Origin: a bacterium
GTDB lineage: Bacteria > UBA8248
Direction of reading: 5' to 3'
Assembly: GCA_965261085.1 (NCBI GenBank)
Contig: OZ253442.1
Span: 3,680,001 to 3,744,000, forward strand
Length of the DNA stretch: 64,000 nt
Shown here: one piece after another, positions 38,319 to 48,252 of the stretch
Position numbering within the stretch: the first letter of the stretch is position 1
How the letters are laid out: each line of letters begins with the position of its first letter
Program-made: the position numbers and the translations under genes
Notes under the pieces: model-generated
Told to the model about the DNA's origin: nothing
Seen by the model: the letters and a program-made list of their open reading frames with translations, nothing else
Databases searched by the model: none

Positions 38319-41179
38319 TGGTCGTATCGATCGGCGCCGTCGCCGCTCCCGCGCAGGGCGCCTCCTACTACGAGCGGGACGGCTACTACGCGAAAGACGA
38401 CCCGGCGCACAGGGAGGCGAGCGCCTGGGCCGGAAAGGGTGCGGCGGACTTGGGGCTATCGGGTCCTGTCGACCCGGACGTCTTCAAGGCGGTGCTGGAA
38501 GGCAAAGTGCCGGGTGGACCGCAACTGGGCCGTCCCGGCAAGGACGGCGGCATCCACCACCGGCCCGGGCGCGACCTCACCTTCTCGGCCCCCAAGTCCG
38601 TCTCTCTGGCAGCGCTCGTGGGAGGCGATGCGCGCGTAACCCGGGCCCACGACCGCGCCGTCGGGCGCACCCTCGCCTGGGTCGAGAGGAACGCCGCCGA
38701 GACCCGCATGCGCGACCCCGGGACGGGCCGCATGGTCAGGACGGGCGAGCAGAAGACGGTGGCAGCTACCTTCCGGCACGACACCTCGCGCAACCTCGAC
38801 CCCCAGCTCCACACCCACGCGGTCCTCGCCAACATGGTAAAGGGCGCGGACGGCAAGTGGCGGACCATGGCCAACGAGGCGCTCTACCGCCGCCAGAAGC
38901 TCATCGGCATGGTCTACCGGAGCGAACTCGCGCGGGAGTTGGGCGGGCTCGGCTACCGCGCCGAGAAGACCCACGCCGACGGGCGGTTCGAGATCGCGGG
39001 CGTTTCCCGCTCTGTGATCGAGGCGTTCTCGACCCGGCGCGCGGAGATCGAGGCGGCGGTGGCCGAACGGGGTCTCGGGGAGACGGCGGGGAACCCGCGC
39101 CTGGCCGAACGCGCGGCGCTCATGACCCGGGTCCACAAACGCGACGTGGACAAGACGGCCCTCAGGAACGTCTGGGAGAAACAGGCCGACGGGCTGGGGT
39201 TCGACGCGCGGGCGCTCGCCGCCGAGGCGATGTCCAGGGCCGCCGGCCGGGAGAACGCTTCCGTGCGGGATGTCGACCCGTCGCGGCGGGAACCGGCAAC
39301 GAAGGAGCCGGCGGCCGAAGCGGTGGAATGGGCGGTGGCCCATCTCGCCGAGCGCGAGGCGGTGTTCGCCCGCGCCGATCTTCTCGCGGGGGCGCTCGCC
39401 TGGTCCCCCGGCGCGGTCACCGCCGATGCCGCCGAACGGGCCGTCGAGGACCTGCGCAAGGAAGGCCGGCTCCACGCCGCTCCCGCTCTCGAAGGCGGCG
39501 ACGGCATGACCACGGAGAAGGCGCTCGCCGACGAACGCGAGACCATTGCGCTCATGCGCGGTGGTGAGAACCGTGGCCGGGCGCCCATGCGGAGCTGGAT
39601 GGTGAGCGCGCATCTGCACAAGGGGCCGCTCACGGCGGGACAGAAGGACGCCGTCCGGCTCATCCTCTCGGAATATGACCGCGTCGTCGGCGTGCAGGGC
39701 TATGCCGGTACCGGCAAGACCACCATGCTGGACCGCGCCCGCGCCCTTCTGGAAAAACGCGGCTACGAGGTCAAGGGTCTCGCGCCCTCGGCCTCGGCCG
39801 CTCGGACCTTGGAAGCCGAGGCCGGGATAAAGAGCGAGACGCTGCAGCGCTTCCTCGCGAGAAACTCTGGGCTGGCCCAGGGCCGGCTGACCAGGAAGGG
39901 CGAGAAGGAGATGCGCGCGGCGTTCCGCAAGACCGTGCTCGTGGTGGACGAGGGTTCTCTCGCCTCCACGGTGCAGGCCCGCGACCTCCTCAGGGTCGCC
40001 AATACCTTGCGCCTTCCGCGCCTGGTGCTGGTCGGCGATGCGAAACAGTTGGACGCGGTGGACGCGGGCAAGCCCTTCGCGCAGTTGCAGTCGGCGGGCA
40101 TGAAGACGGCGACCATGGACGAGATCATGCGCCAGCGCGACCCGGACTTGAAAGCAGCCGTCGAGGCGAGCCTGTCAGGCGACGTGAAACGCGCCTTCGA
40201 GAAGCTCGGCTCCAACGTCGCCGAAGTCAAGCCGGACAACCTCGCGGGCGCGGCCGCCGCGCGCTGGCTCGCGCTCTCGCCGGAAGCGCGCGCCCAGGCG
40301 GGGCTGATGGCGCCGAGCCACAGGATCCGCGAAAAGATAAACGCCATCGTCCGCGAGCGGCTTATCCGCGACGGCGTCGTCCATGGCCCGGCCATGAAGT
40401 CCGAACGCCTCGTCTCGCGCGGCTACACCCGCGCCGAGAAGTCGCTCGCGGCGAACTACGCGCCCGGTGACGTGGTGGCCTTCCACCGCCCCTACAAGCG
40501 TCTCGACGTAGAGAAGGGCGACGAACTCCGCGTCGCCGGGGTCGATCACGAGACGCGCACGGTCAGGCTCGAAGGCAAAGAGGGGCGATCGGTACTCTGG
40601 GAGCCGGGACGGATCGCGGCGAGGAGCGGCGGGGTCGAGGTCTACCGGGTCGAGCAGATGGAGTTGCAACAGGGCGACCGGGTCCGCTGGACCCGCAACG
40701 ATAAGGACCTCGGCCTGGTGAACAGCCAGACCGCCGAGGTAGCGGCCGTGAAAGACGGTCGCGTGGGCTTCCGTCTCGAGGACGGGCGAAGGCTCGACAT
40801 GACCGCCGGCGACCCCCAACTGCGGCATATCGACCGCGCCTGGGCTTCCACGGTGCATGCCTTCCAGGGCCGGACCGTGGATACCGTCATCGCCGCGATG
40901 GAGGCCAACCACCCCAACCTCACCAACCAGAAGACGCTCTACGTGGAGATCAGCCGCGCCCGGGACCGGGCGGAACTCGTGACCGACGACGCCGGGGCGC
41001 TGCGCGAGAGGCTCGAGGCGGCCACGGGCGAGCGGGTCTCGGCGCTCGAGGGGACCGGGCAGGTCGCGCGGGAAGCGCCGGCGAAGGGTCCGGAAGTCGA
41101 TGCGAAAGCGGCCCGGGCCGCGGACCGCGAGGCCGGACCGGTGCGCGAGAAACCAGTCGAGCGGGATCTCGGTTTATGA
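38318..41179 (+). CDS. MOBF conjugative relaxase-helicase (TrwC/TraI family)
   Basis: YY...GYY, DLTFSAPKSVS, RHDTSRNLDPQLHTH, GYAGTGKTT, VVDE, LVGD.KQL.AV.AG, YVEISR. Confidence 0.95.
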   Translation: MVVSIGAVAAPAQGASYYERDGYYAKDDPAHREASAWAGKGAADLGLSGPVDPDVFKAVLEGKVPGGPQLGRPGKDGGIHHRPGRDLTFSAPKSVSLAALVGGDARVTRAHDRAVGRTLAWVERNAAETRMRDPGTGRMVRTGEQKTVAATFRHDTSRNLDPQLHTHAVLANMVKGADGKWRTMANEALYRRQKLIGMVYRSELARELGGLGYRAEKTHADGRFEIAGVSRSVIEAFSTRRAEIEAAVAERGLGETAGNPRLAERAALMTRVHKRDVDKTALRNVWEKQADGLGFDARALAAEAMSRAAGRENASVRDVDPSRREPATKEPAAEAVEWAVAHLAEREAVFARADLLAGALAWSPGAVTADAAERAVEDLRKEGRLHAAPALEGGDGMTTEKALADERETIALMRGGENRGRAPMRSWMVSAHLHKGPLTAGQKDAVRLILSEYDRVVGVQGYAGTGKTTMLDRARALLEKRGYEVKGLAPSASAARTLEAEAGIKSETLQRFLARNSGLAQGRLTRKGEKEMRAAFRKTVLVVDEGSLASTVQARDLLRVANTLRLPRLVLVGDAKQLDAVDAGKPFAQLQSAGMKTATMDEIMRQRDPDLKAAVEASLSGDVKRAFEKLGSNVAEVKPDNLAGAAAARWLALSPEARAQAGLMAPSHRIREKINAIVRERLIRDGVVHGPAMKSERLVSRGYTRAEKSLAANYAPGDVVAFHRPYKRLDVEKGDELRVAGVDHETRTVRLEGKEGRSVLWEPGRIAARSGGVEVYRVEQMELQQGDRVRWTRNDKDLGLVNSQTAEVAAVKDGRVGFRLEDGRRLDMTAGDPQLRHIDRAWASTVHAFQGRTVDTVIAAMEANHPNLTNQKTLYVEISRARDRAELVTDDAGALRERLEAATGERVSALEGTGQVAREAPAKGPEVDAKAARAADREAGPVREKPVERDLGL

Positions 41180-41867
41180 TTGTCTGCTCTGGTCAGGGGC
41201 AGGCAGGGGCGAGCAGACCGGGCGAAGCCGGATGACCACTTGGGCGAACGTCCCGGAAACTATGCGGTTCCAGGCGGAATCGGCGCCGCGCAGCCTTCTC
41301 GGCTTGATGCCTTGTCTCTCGAAGTTCACTCACGTTTTTTCACGTTTTTGGTTCACCCGCTTGCGCTTTTTCGTGCTCCGAGGCGCTTTACATCATAAAA
41401 TGAGTTTTGAACATTTGAATTGGACACGAGACAATGCGGCTTCCTGGAGAAATGGAATCTCGACAAAAACATCCTGACGGCCTCGGTGAATAGCCATTTG
41501 TGGCTGTTCATGGACAAATGAATCCGGTGATTTTCATGATATGCGCGATCATACGGAATCTCTGCGCCATGGAGCTGATGGACGGGAGGTTCGAGTCTTC
41601 AAGACCGGACGGATCGATTGGCGATAAGTCGAAGAGACCTTTCGCGCACCCTCGTTCCTTGCAAGCGCCTTCCACCCTGAACGGGTCTTCCCGTCTTTTC
41701 CGGGCCGGATAGCGGGAAGTTTTCGCCGCGCCGCCGGAAACGAGGTCGTTTGAAAGCGGCTCCGGCAGCCCGGAGACGCTGCCTCGATCATCCCCGCTTG
41801 CCCGAAACGGCCCCGAGTAGGGTGTCTGCGCACAGGCGCAGGCTCCTCCGGTGCGGGTGGACCGGGT

Positions 41868-42239
41868 TCATTCTGAAACGCCCTTCAGGATCGCGGCCTG
41901 CGATTCACGGGCGTCCTTCCCGATCCGATCGAGCTCTTCCCGGCGTCCTTCCCGGACCATTTCATCGCGTTTGAGCGTCGAAAGAAGGTAGACGCCGCGA
42001 TAGATGCGCTCGAACTGGGCTGCAATCCCGGGCGGGAACGCTGAAGAACTTGCGGTCAGCTTGCCCGTAGCGAAACCCGCCGCGGCATGGCGCACGAGCT
42101 CGGCGGCCGTCATTCCGCGCTCTGCGGCCTCCTGTTCGATGCACGCCCACTCGAAATCGGAAAACCGGATTGATCGCGGCGAGCGCGATTCGGCAGGTTT
42201 CTCGCCGGAATCGGCGGCGGCGGAATGGTTTTCGGTCAT
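41868..42239 (-). CDS. RHH relaxosome-accessory-like protein (TrwA/TraM position)
   Basis: RSPRSIRFSDFEW..IEQEAAERGMTAAELVRHA RHH pattern; GGAG RBS. Confidence 0.6.
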   Translation of the reverse strand: MTENHSAAADSGEKPAESRSPRSIRFSDFEWACIEQEAAERGMTAAELVRHAAAGFATGKLTASSSAFPPGIAAQFERIYRGVYLLSTLKRDEMVREGRREELDRIGKDARESQAAILKGVSE

Positions 42240-42475
42240 GGTATTGTCTCCAATAGCTCTAGTTTTTGGCCCGGACGTCGTCAGAGCCGATGCATTTACG
42301 GAACAACTCCGACCGCCCGGAGCGCCGATTCTCTTGTGTGCTCGTAGCATACATGCAGGAAATAGCCTATATCCACCGTATGCTGATAGCATACACTTTC
42401 TCCAACAATACCGTGCCTTCTTCAGGCGCCGTTTACGCAAGAGGCTGCCTGACAAGTGCGCGCCCTGTTGCCAGG

Positions 42476-42500
42476 GCATCACCGATGCGCCGGGTGTGAG
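42476..42500 (+). other. oriT-like site 1 (IR GCATC-ACC-GATGC + GCCGGGTGT^GAG)
   Basis: Same architecture as the F nic (IR ending TGC, 9 nt ending GGGTGT, then the nick); divergent RHH gene upstream. Confidence 0.45.
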
Positions 42501-43275
42501 GCTCAGGCGTCATGATGGTGTGAACCGCAGAGTTCACTTCTTCCCGTAATTCGCCCGCTTTCAGACGGCGGGGGATTACCAACGGTTTTGGAATCTTTGT
42601 AGCTTCTTGAAACTATTGAAGAAATTGGTTTTTTAGAATTTTGATTGAGGTTCGATTTCTGGAAGATGTAATCAAAACGAAAGCGAACGAATTCAAATTC
42701 CTGCGCATCTAGGCGAACTTCTGTCGTAAGCATTCGGTCGCGGGGTGATAGAGCAAACCACAGCATCGGCTGATTCGAACTGGACGGCGGGTTCAAGGAC
42801 ATGTCGACCAAGTTGAAAATATTGGTCATGTACCGCAACCGCCCGATTTTCCTAGCGCCATCGTATTACAGAAGCACTTAGTCGGGGCGACCACATTCGG
42901 GCAGAACAACGGCTCGCTGCTGGCCTCGCCTCTATCATCACCTCATAACCGAATGGTTACCTTCTGTCGGACAAGCCCCTAAACTTTGGCTTGCAACGTT
43001 GGTTCAGGAGTTGCCAGTCCACGTCTTTTGACGGCATCCGATTTACGCTCGCGACGTAGGCGATCATAATCAAGATGTTCTTAGAAGTGAGTTGCGTGGT
43101 GCGGGACACAGTCTCAGTCTTAGCCTGTTCAAAGTCGTCGTGGCTGAAATGATTCACGGCAAAGTGCAGGCTTTTATTAAGAAGTGATTTCTCAGACGTT
43201 GTGGTTATTTACTTCGATTCTGTTCAGGACTTAGGCCAAACTGGCTGGCGAAGTCAGAAGAAAGTGAGCCACTCT

Positions 43276-43851
43276 CTATCGACGAGACCACTTGGATGCG
43301 CGCCTCGCCTGTGTGACGACACCCGTCATGCGTAACCGCCAATTCAGCAGATCCAGACTAACACCAAAGTGCTCGGCCAGAGTCTGGGTGTTTTTAGTTT
43401 TTCTATACACGACTTGCAGGCCAGCGCGTGGCACCAGAAGAGTGGCCGAAAACCAATTTGCCTCCTCTTCTTGTTCTTGTTCAAAAGAACTCAGAAGCAA
43501 ATGCCCCTCAGGAGAGACATCGATTCTGCTCGGTTCGTGGTCAAGAATGATATGGGCAAGTTCGTGCGCCAAGCTGTTGCGCTGCCTTGTCAGGGCATGG
43601 GCGGAGTTGAGAATTATCAGGTTGGTATCACCTACTCGTAGCGTCACAGCTGACCAGCTGTCCCGATCATGAATGGTAAGTTGCTTCAAACTGTCAGGGG
43701 ATAACCCCGGCACATCCTTGGGTCGCCAAACCTTTACACCAAGATGAGCAGCAAGTTCTTCTGGGTTCAGAGGATCACTCGGTCTTAGTCGTAGTGCACT
43801 TCTGTAATCTGCAGCGGCATTTTCACACCAGGTCTTGAATCCTCGGCGCAT
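43276..43851 (-). CDS. capP: ImmA/IrrE metallopeptidase (CapP-like)
   Basis: RQRNSLAHELAHIIL.H, EQEEEANWFS..LLVP; paired with an HTH gene divergent from CBASS. Confidence 0.8.
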   Translation of the reverse strand: MRRGFKTWCENAAADYRSALRLRPSDPLNPEELAAHLGVKVWRPKDVPGLSPDSLKQLTIHDRDSWSAVTLRVGDTNLIILNSAHALTRQRNSLAHELAHIILDHEPSRIDVSPEGHLLLSSFEQEQEEEANWFSATLLVPRAGLQVVYRKTKNTQTLAEHFGVSLDLLNWRLRMTGVVTQARRASKWSRR

Positions 43852-43855
43852 TTAA

Positions 43856-44194
43856 TTAGAGTTTGTCCCGCGCAATCAGGGCGCGTTGGGCAGCCAGGAT
43901 CATAGCCGCCAGGGCATGGGCGGTTTCGAGCTTCATTGTTTGATCTTTACGGAAGTGAACTGAGGCTACGGGTTGGCTACCAGTGTCAGCATCAAAACCC
44001 AGAACAAGTGATGGGTCGACCCTGAGCCATCGACAGATCTTCTGGAAATTTTCCAGGTCGGGCAGGTGGCCGTTTTCAATCCGGGACAAAGTGGCTGGGG
44101 AGATTCCAATCTTTGCAGCAGTCACACGAACGCCCCGACTGCCCCGCCTTTCGGTAACCATCTGACCCAAAGTTTTGAGAGAGGGTTGAGGCAT
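43856..44194 (-). CDS. capH: XRE HTH regulator (CapH-like)
   Basis: RGVRVTAAKIGISPATLSRIENGHLPDL, C-terminal SVHFR motif; GGAGG RBS. Confidence 0.8.
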   Translation of the reverse strand: MPQPSLKTLGQMVTERRGSRGVRVTAAKIGISPATLSRIENGHLPDLENFQKICRWLRVDPSLVLGFDADTGSQPVASVHFRKDQTMKLETAHALAAMILAAQRALIARDKL

Positions 44195-44206
44195 GGCATT
44201 CCTCCG

Positions 44207-44224
44207 TGTTTCAAATATGAAACA
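44207..44224. promoter_or_regulatory. Palindromic operator candidate TGTTTCA-AATA-TGAAACA
   Basis: Perfect 7-bp IR in the capH/CBASS divergent intergenic region; further GTTTCA half-sites near 44260-44275. Confidence 0.6.
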
Positions 44225-44452
44225 AATAGTGTTTGATTCATAAAACAATCTGGGCTATGGTTTCACTGTTTCACTTGTGAGACGTTTTTGACAGAAGAAT
44301 GAAAATCAGTCAAGTCCCTGCTTTTTACGAAACTGAGGTATTCAAACAACATTGCCGCAGGAGCCGGACTGTGAAGCGCAAGACGACGATTATGAAATGA
44401 TTGAGGTTTGCCAAGCGTTTTTGATCAATTATTTACCCAAATGAGGAATGCT

Positions 44453-45658
44453 ATGACAATTCAAACAGGCGAGTACTCCAGATTTCTAGAGAAGGTCGCG
44501 GAAGAGACCGATATACCGCCAAGCAAGTATCAGGATGCGGTTGACCGCTACAAGTCCGTCGGGCATTGGTTGCAAGACGGTGAGTACTCTAGGTGTTCTG
44601 GCGAACCAAATATTTACGCCCAAGGCTCTTTTCGTTTGGGCACGGTAGTGAGGCCGATTAGAGGAGGTCTTGAAGCCGATTACGACATAGATCTTGTCTG
44701 TGAGTTGCCGATTGCAAAACACTGGACAGATGCCCGTTCCGTGAAAATGATGGTCGGGGATCGTCTTTTCGAACACGGCAAATACCGCAAACTGCTCGAC
44801 AAGGAAGGAAAAAGGTGCTGGACGCTTGAATATGCCGAACAGGACGGTATCGGGTTCCATCTCGACGTTCTGCCCTCGGTGCCGGATCCGCGTGTGCCAG
44901 GTTCAATGGACACCTCCATCGCGATCACGAACAAGCGGGGCGAAATTTACGACTGGTCGGCGAGCAATCCGAGAGGATACGGCGAATGGTTCGACCACAG
45001 AAACAAAGAGGCATTCAACATGGTTGTGATGGAGCAAAAACGATCCATTCAATCACGTGCCCCCATGTTCTATGCCACGGTTGACGAGGTGCCCGACCAG
45101 CTCGTCCGCACATCCCTTCAGCGTTCCGTTCAGATCATGAAGCGTCATCGGGATTTGAAATTCAGCAATAGTCAGGACAATGGCCACATGCCCATCTCGA
45201 TAATTATCACGACCCTCGCGGCACAGCTCTATCATAGAGAGCCGGATATATATTCGGCATTAAGCGGAATCGTCAACAGACTCTATGCCTATGCGGGGCT
45301 TGTCGACAATAGACTTGTTAACAGGACCAATGATCCCTCCAACCTGATCAGACGTACGCCAGACGGCAAATGGTACATAGGCAATCCGGTCAATCCCGAT
45401 GAGAATTTTGCGGACCGCTGGCACGAGGATAATCACGCCCGTGCGCGAGCCTTCTTTTTCTGGGTGGAAACTCTCAAGGAGGATCTCATCGACATCCTGA
45501 CTGCTAGCCGCCCCGAAGCGGTCCGTAATCGACTCTCGGTGGCGCTTGGTGCTTCGGTCGTGTCCAGCCATTTGGGCCTGCTCACTCCGACACCGGCAAC
45601 ATTCAGCCCGCCGAAAGTGCATATCACAAAGCCAGCCAAACCTTGGGGATTTAAGTGA
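44453..45658 (+). CDS. CBASS cGAS/DncV-like nucleotidyltransferase (CD-NTase)
   Basis: QGSFRLGTVVRP, DYDIDLV, FHLDVLP, SNPRGY..WF, KRHRD, NPVNP.ENFADRW, tail KPAKPWGFK. Confidence 0.93.
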   Translation: MTIQTGEYSRFLEKVAEETDIPPSKYQDAVDRYKSVGHWLQDGEYSRCSGEPNIYAQGSFRLGTVVRPIRGGLEADYDIDLVCELPIAKHWTDARSVKMMVGDRLFEHGKYRKLLDKEGKRCWTLEYAEQDGIGFHLDVLPSVPDPRVPGSMDTSIAITNKRGEIYDWSASNPRGYGEWFDHRNKEAFNMVVMEQKRSIQSRAPMFYATVDEVPDQLVRTSLQRSVQIMKRHRDLKFSNSQDNGHMPISIIITTLAAQLYHREPDIYSALSGIVNRLYAYAGLVDNRLVNRTNDPSNLIRRTPDGKWYIGNPVNPDENFADRWHEDNHARARAFFFWVETLKEDLIDILTASRPEAVRNRLSVALGASVVSSHLGLLTPTPATFSPPKVHITKPAKPWGFK

Positions 45659-46383
45659 CGGAACTCACCTCACAGATTACCGAGTTACAAGCGATTCACA
45701 AGGAGCTGAAAAAGACCGGGGAGAAGAAGGATGAAATTGTCCTGTCCGGACAGCTACCTTTTGAAGCAGGGCCCGACAGTTTCGCACAGATTACGGATAG
45801 TTTCGAGATTGAAATGCTGATTCCCAATGCATATCCGGACATTCTGCCGCGGGTCAGGGAGACAGGCGGCAAAATCGACAGCAATTATGAGCATGTTTTT
45901 TCGAACGGGACCCTATGTCTGGCAGTTCCGGTCGAGATGCGCAGGATATTTCATCAACAGCCATCGCTGCTGGGTTTTGTGAACAGGCTCGTTATTCCGT
46001 ATTTTTACGGTTATTGCCACTGGAGAGAACATGGAGAACATCCTTTTGGTGAGCAGGAGCATGATGGTAAAGGGATCATCCAATATTATATGGAAAGGCT
46101 GAATTTGAGTGACGAAGTCACAGCATTGGCTTTCGTCTGCTCTCTTTACGAACATGGATACCGGGGCCACCATGATTGCCCGTGTGGCAGTGAGCGCAGG
46201 GTTCGTAAGTGTCACGGTCCGACGTTGATGGAGCTCCAAAGACACCATACGCCGTTTACGCTCCGTCACGATTTGGGTTTCGCTCTTGAACATTTCGCTC
46301 GAAAGCTAGAGGACGGACAGTTACCCTTTCCGGATGCACTCACGAAGCAGGTTGGCCGCATTCTCAAGAAGATCAAGTTCTAA
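45655..46383 (+). CDS. Prokaryotic E2/UBC-like protein with C-terminal SEC-C zinc motif (CBASS ancillary)
   Basis: IP..YP..LPRV.E, HVFSNGTLCL (UBC catalytic Cys context), CPCGS..RVRKCHG; 4-nt overlap with the CD-NTase. Confidence 0.8.
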   Translation: MTELTSQITELQAIHKELKKTGEKKDEIVLSGQLPFEAGPDSFAQITDSFEIEMLIPNAYPDILPRVRETGGKIDSNYEHVFSNGTLCLAVPVEMRRIFHQQPSLLGFVNRLVIPYFYGYCHWREHGEHPFGEQEHDGKGIIQYYMERLNLSDEVTALAFVCSLYEHGYRGHHDCPCGSERRVRKCHGPTLMELQRHHTPFTLRHDLGFALEHFARKLEDGQLPFPDALTKQVGRILKKIKF

Positions 46384-46593
46384 CGCTTCGAAATCTGCTG
46401 TTTCCGGTGAGGTGATCCTTTGATTGGTTCCAATAATTCACGGGCTCAATTTGTGCAATCCGACGTTCGGTTGGAGATTGTAGAGTGTGCATAGCGAGCG
46501 GAATTGCCGAGTCAGGGCTGATTTGTGTTTCAGTTAGTTATCTCGGGGCATAGAGCAGTGAAATTGATGGTCAACACCAGTTAGGTAGTAATT

Positions 46594-47694
46594 ATGAAGA
46601 TATTGTACAGACATTTTCTCAAATCACTGATCGACTGGGTATTCAGGCGGTGCTCCCCGGCCCTCATAATGAAGAGCGCCGGACTGGTGTGCACAACGCT
46701 TGCTTTTGGCGCAGGCTGGGTATTGGATGTATCAATTCCCTTCCTAGATGGCCAGATTGATATCAGCTTCGATAGTTCTGGTGGGGCGCCAACTTTTTTG
46801 GTCAATGCAGTAGGCATCGTTGGGTTGGGTCTATTGATAACCGGGTTCTGTTGGGAATTTTTTCGTTACTGGGCTGAACGAAAGCGCCTTGATCGCAAGA
46901 AGGTTATCGTCGTCGAAGCTCGTGGACTACGTGATTCGGGCGGAACGCCTCTTATCGAGGCAATTCCCGCGAGTTTGGAAGGGCACCGGGACCATGTCCT
47001 GATCGACATGCGCCAGCGCATCAAGGACGGTGAGATTGTGGAGCCGAAAGCGGTGCTTGGGGAACTAATTTCACTGCCCACTGATCTGAAACGCCGGGAA
47101 AACGGGATCGACCGCCGCGACCTCACACTGGTTTATGGTGGCCTTGCACCGGTGCCGTTCACATTTCTGACCGGTGTATTAATCGACGATGAGAGTGTGA
47201 TTGTAATCCTGGATTGGGATCGGCACTTGGAAAATTGGCGAGAACTTGAGGATTCGGATGATGGCAAGCGTTTCATATGCTCGGGACTCGACTGCATACC
47301 GGTGGATGCACGCGAAGTTGCTTTGGCGGTGTCCGTTTCCTACAGGGTGAATACGGATGATGTTCGTGCCAAAGTTGGCGAAATACCTGTAGTTGCACTG
47401 GAGCTTGAAGGTGGCTCGCCGGATTGCCACTGGTCCGAGGATAAGCAACGCGCTCTTGGTAAGCAGTTTCTTGAAACCGTTATCGGCTTGGGGAATCGCC
47501 GTGTTGAATGTATCCACCTGTTCCTCGCTGCGCAGAACAGTATCGTCTTCAGGTTTGGTAGACTGTACGACAAGCGAAACCTGCCCAAAGTTGTCGTCTA
47601 CCAGTATCAAAGGTCCATCGTTCCACCATATCCGTGGGGTATTCTGATGCCTGTATGCGGAATTGAACAGCCTATGCTAGTGAGCGGCAAATAA
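46594..47694 (+). CDS. 2TM-SAVED CBASS effector
   Basis: Two N-terminal hydrophobic helices; YGGLAPVP..FL.G, AVSVSY.V, IHLFLAAQNS..F.FG, YPWG SAVED motifs. Confidence 0.88.
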   Translation: MKILYRHFLKSLIDWVFRRCSPALIMKSAGLVCTTLAFGAGWVLDVSIPFLDGQIDISFDSSGGAPTFLVNAVGIVGLGLLITGFCWEFFRYWAERKRLDRKKVIVVEARGLRDSGGTPLIEAIPASLEGHRDHVLIDMRQRIKDGEIVEPKAVLGELISLPTDLKRRENGIDRRDLTLVYGGLAPVPFTFLTGVLIDDESVIVILDWDRHLENWRELEDSDDGKRFICSGLDCIPVDAREVALAVSVSYRVNTDDVRAKVGEIPVVALELEGGSPDCHWSEDKQRALGKQFLETVIGLGNRRVECIHLFLAAQNSIVFRFGRLYDKRNLPKVVVYQYQRSIVPPYPWGILMPVCGIEQPMLVSGK

Positions 47695-48220
47695 CATTCA
47701 TATTTCGATTTTCGATACAGTGTTGTGAATCGTTTTTCTTCGAGGTTACCCGAAATAAATTCTGCCAAGCGATTTTTTATGACTCGCCCGGCACGCCGAG
47801 TAACAACGCCAATACTTACATACTCTGGCGTTACAATGCTGAGGCCATCGATTGACGCTTGAGTATGATGACCCGGTTTGCTCCAGGTATTATTGGGCTT
47901 ACTTTGGATAAGACATGGCATGAGAGAGTCGATTTCCGGAAAACGGATTGCGCCGAACCTGCCTGGCTCTAGCCAAAAAGGATCGGAGCATACCGCCTGT
48001 AGTTAGCGAGGAAACTTAAGAGTACTTTGTCAGAACTTTCAATTGGCCTTTTGAGACGGACAAAAGAGGGTTCCAATTATCGGTATCTCGCCAAGAAAAT
48101 TTCCCCGCTCCTTTTGAGACACTAGGTCATTGCCATCGGCACGGCCCTGTCCGACAGCGCTCAGGCAAGGTTCGTGGATTTTATTCCTACTTGATTTTCT
48201 GGCTAGAATCAGACATATTA

Positions 48221-48244
48221 TCCTTATATATTATTATACAAGGA
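48221..48244. promoter_or_regulatory. Inverted repeat upstream of abiEi (autoregulatory operator candidate)
   Basis: TCCTTATATA-TTAT-TATACAAGGA (9/10 IR). Confidence 0.5.
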
Positions 48245-48252
48245 CAAATAGA

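Noticed and set aside
36225-41179. Self-transmissible ICE
   Set aside because: No VirB4 or other mating-pair genes in the window; only mobilisation functions are supported.
41580-41605. GGGAGGTTCGAGTCTTC resembling a tRNA T-arm (possible att remnant)
   Set aside because: No acceptor stem, CCA or cloverleaf, and it does not match tRNA-Val at 14660-14735.
46384-46593. Possible ncRNA between the E2 and SAVED genes (TCCGAC-GTTCG-GTTGGA hairpin)
   Set aside because: A single modest hairpin with no promoter, terminator or repeat support.
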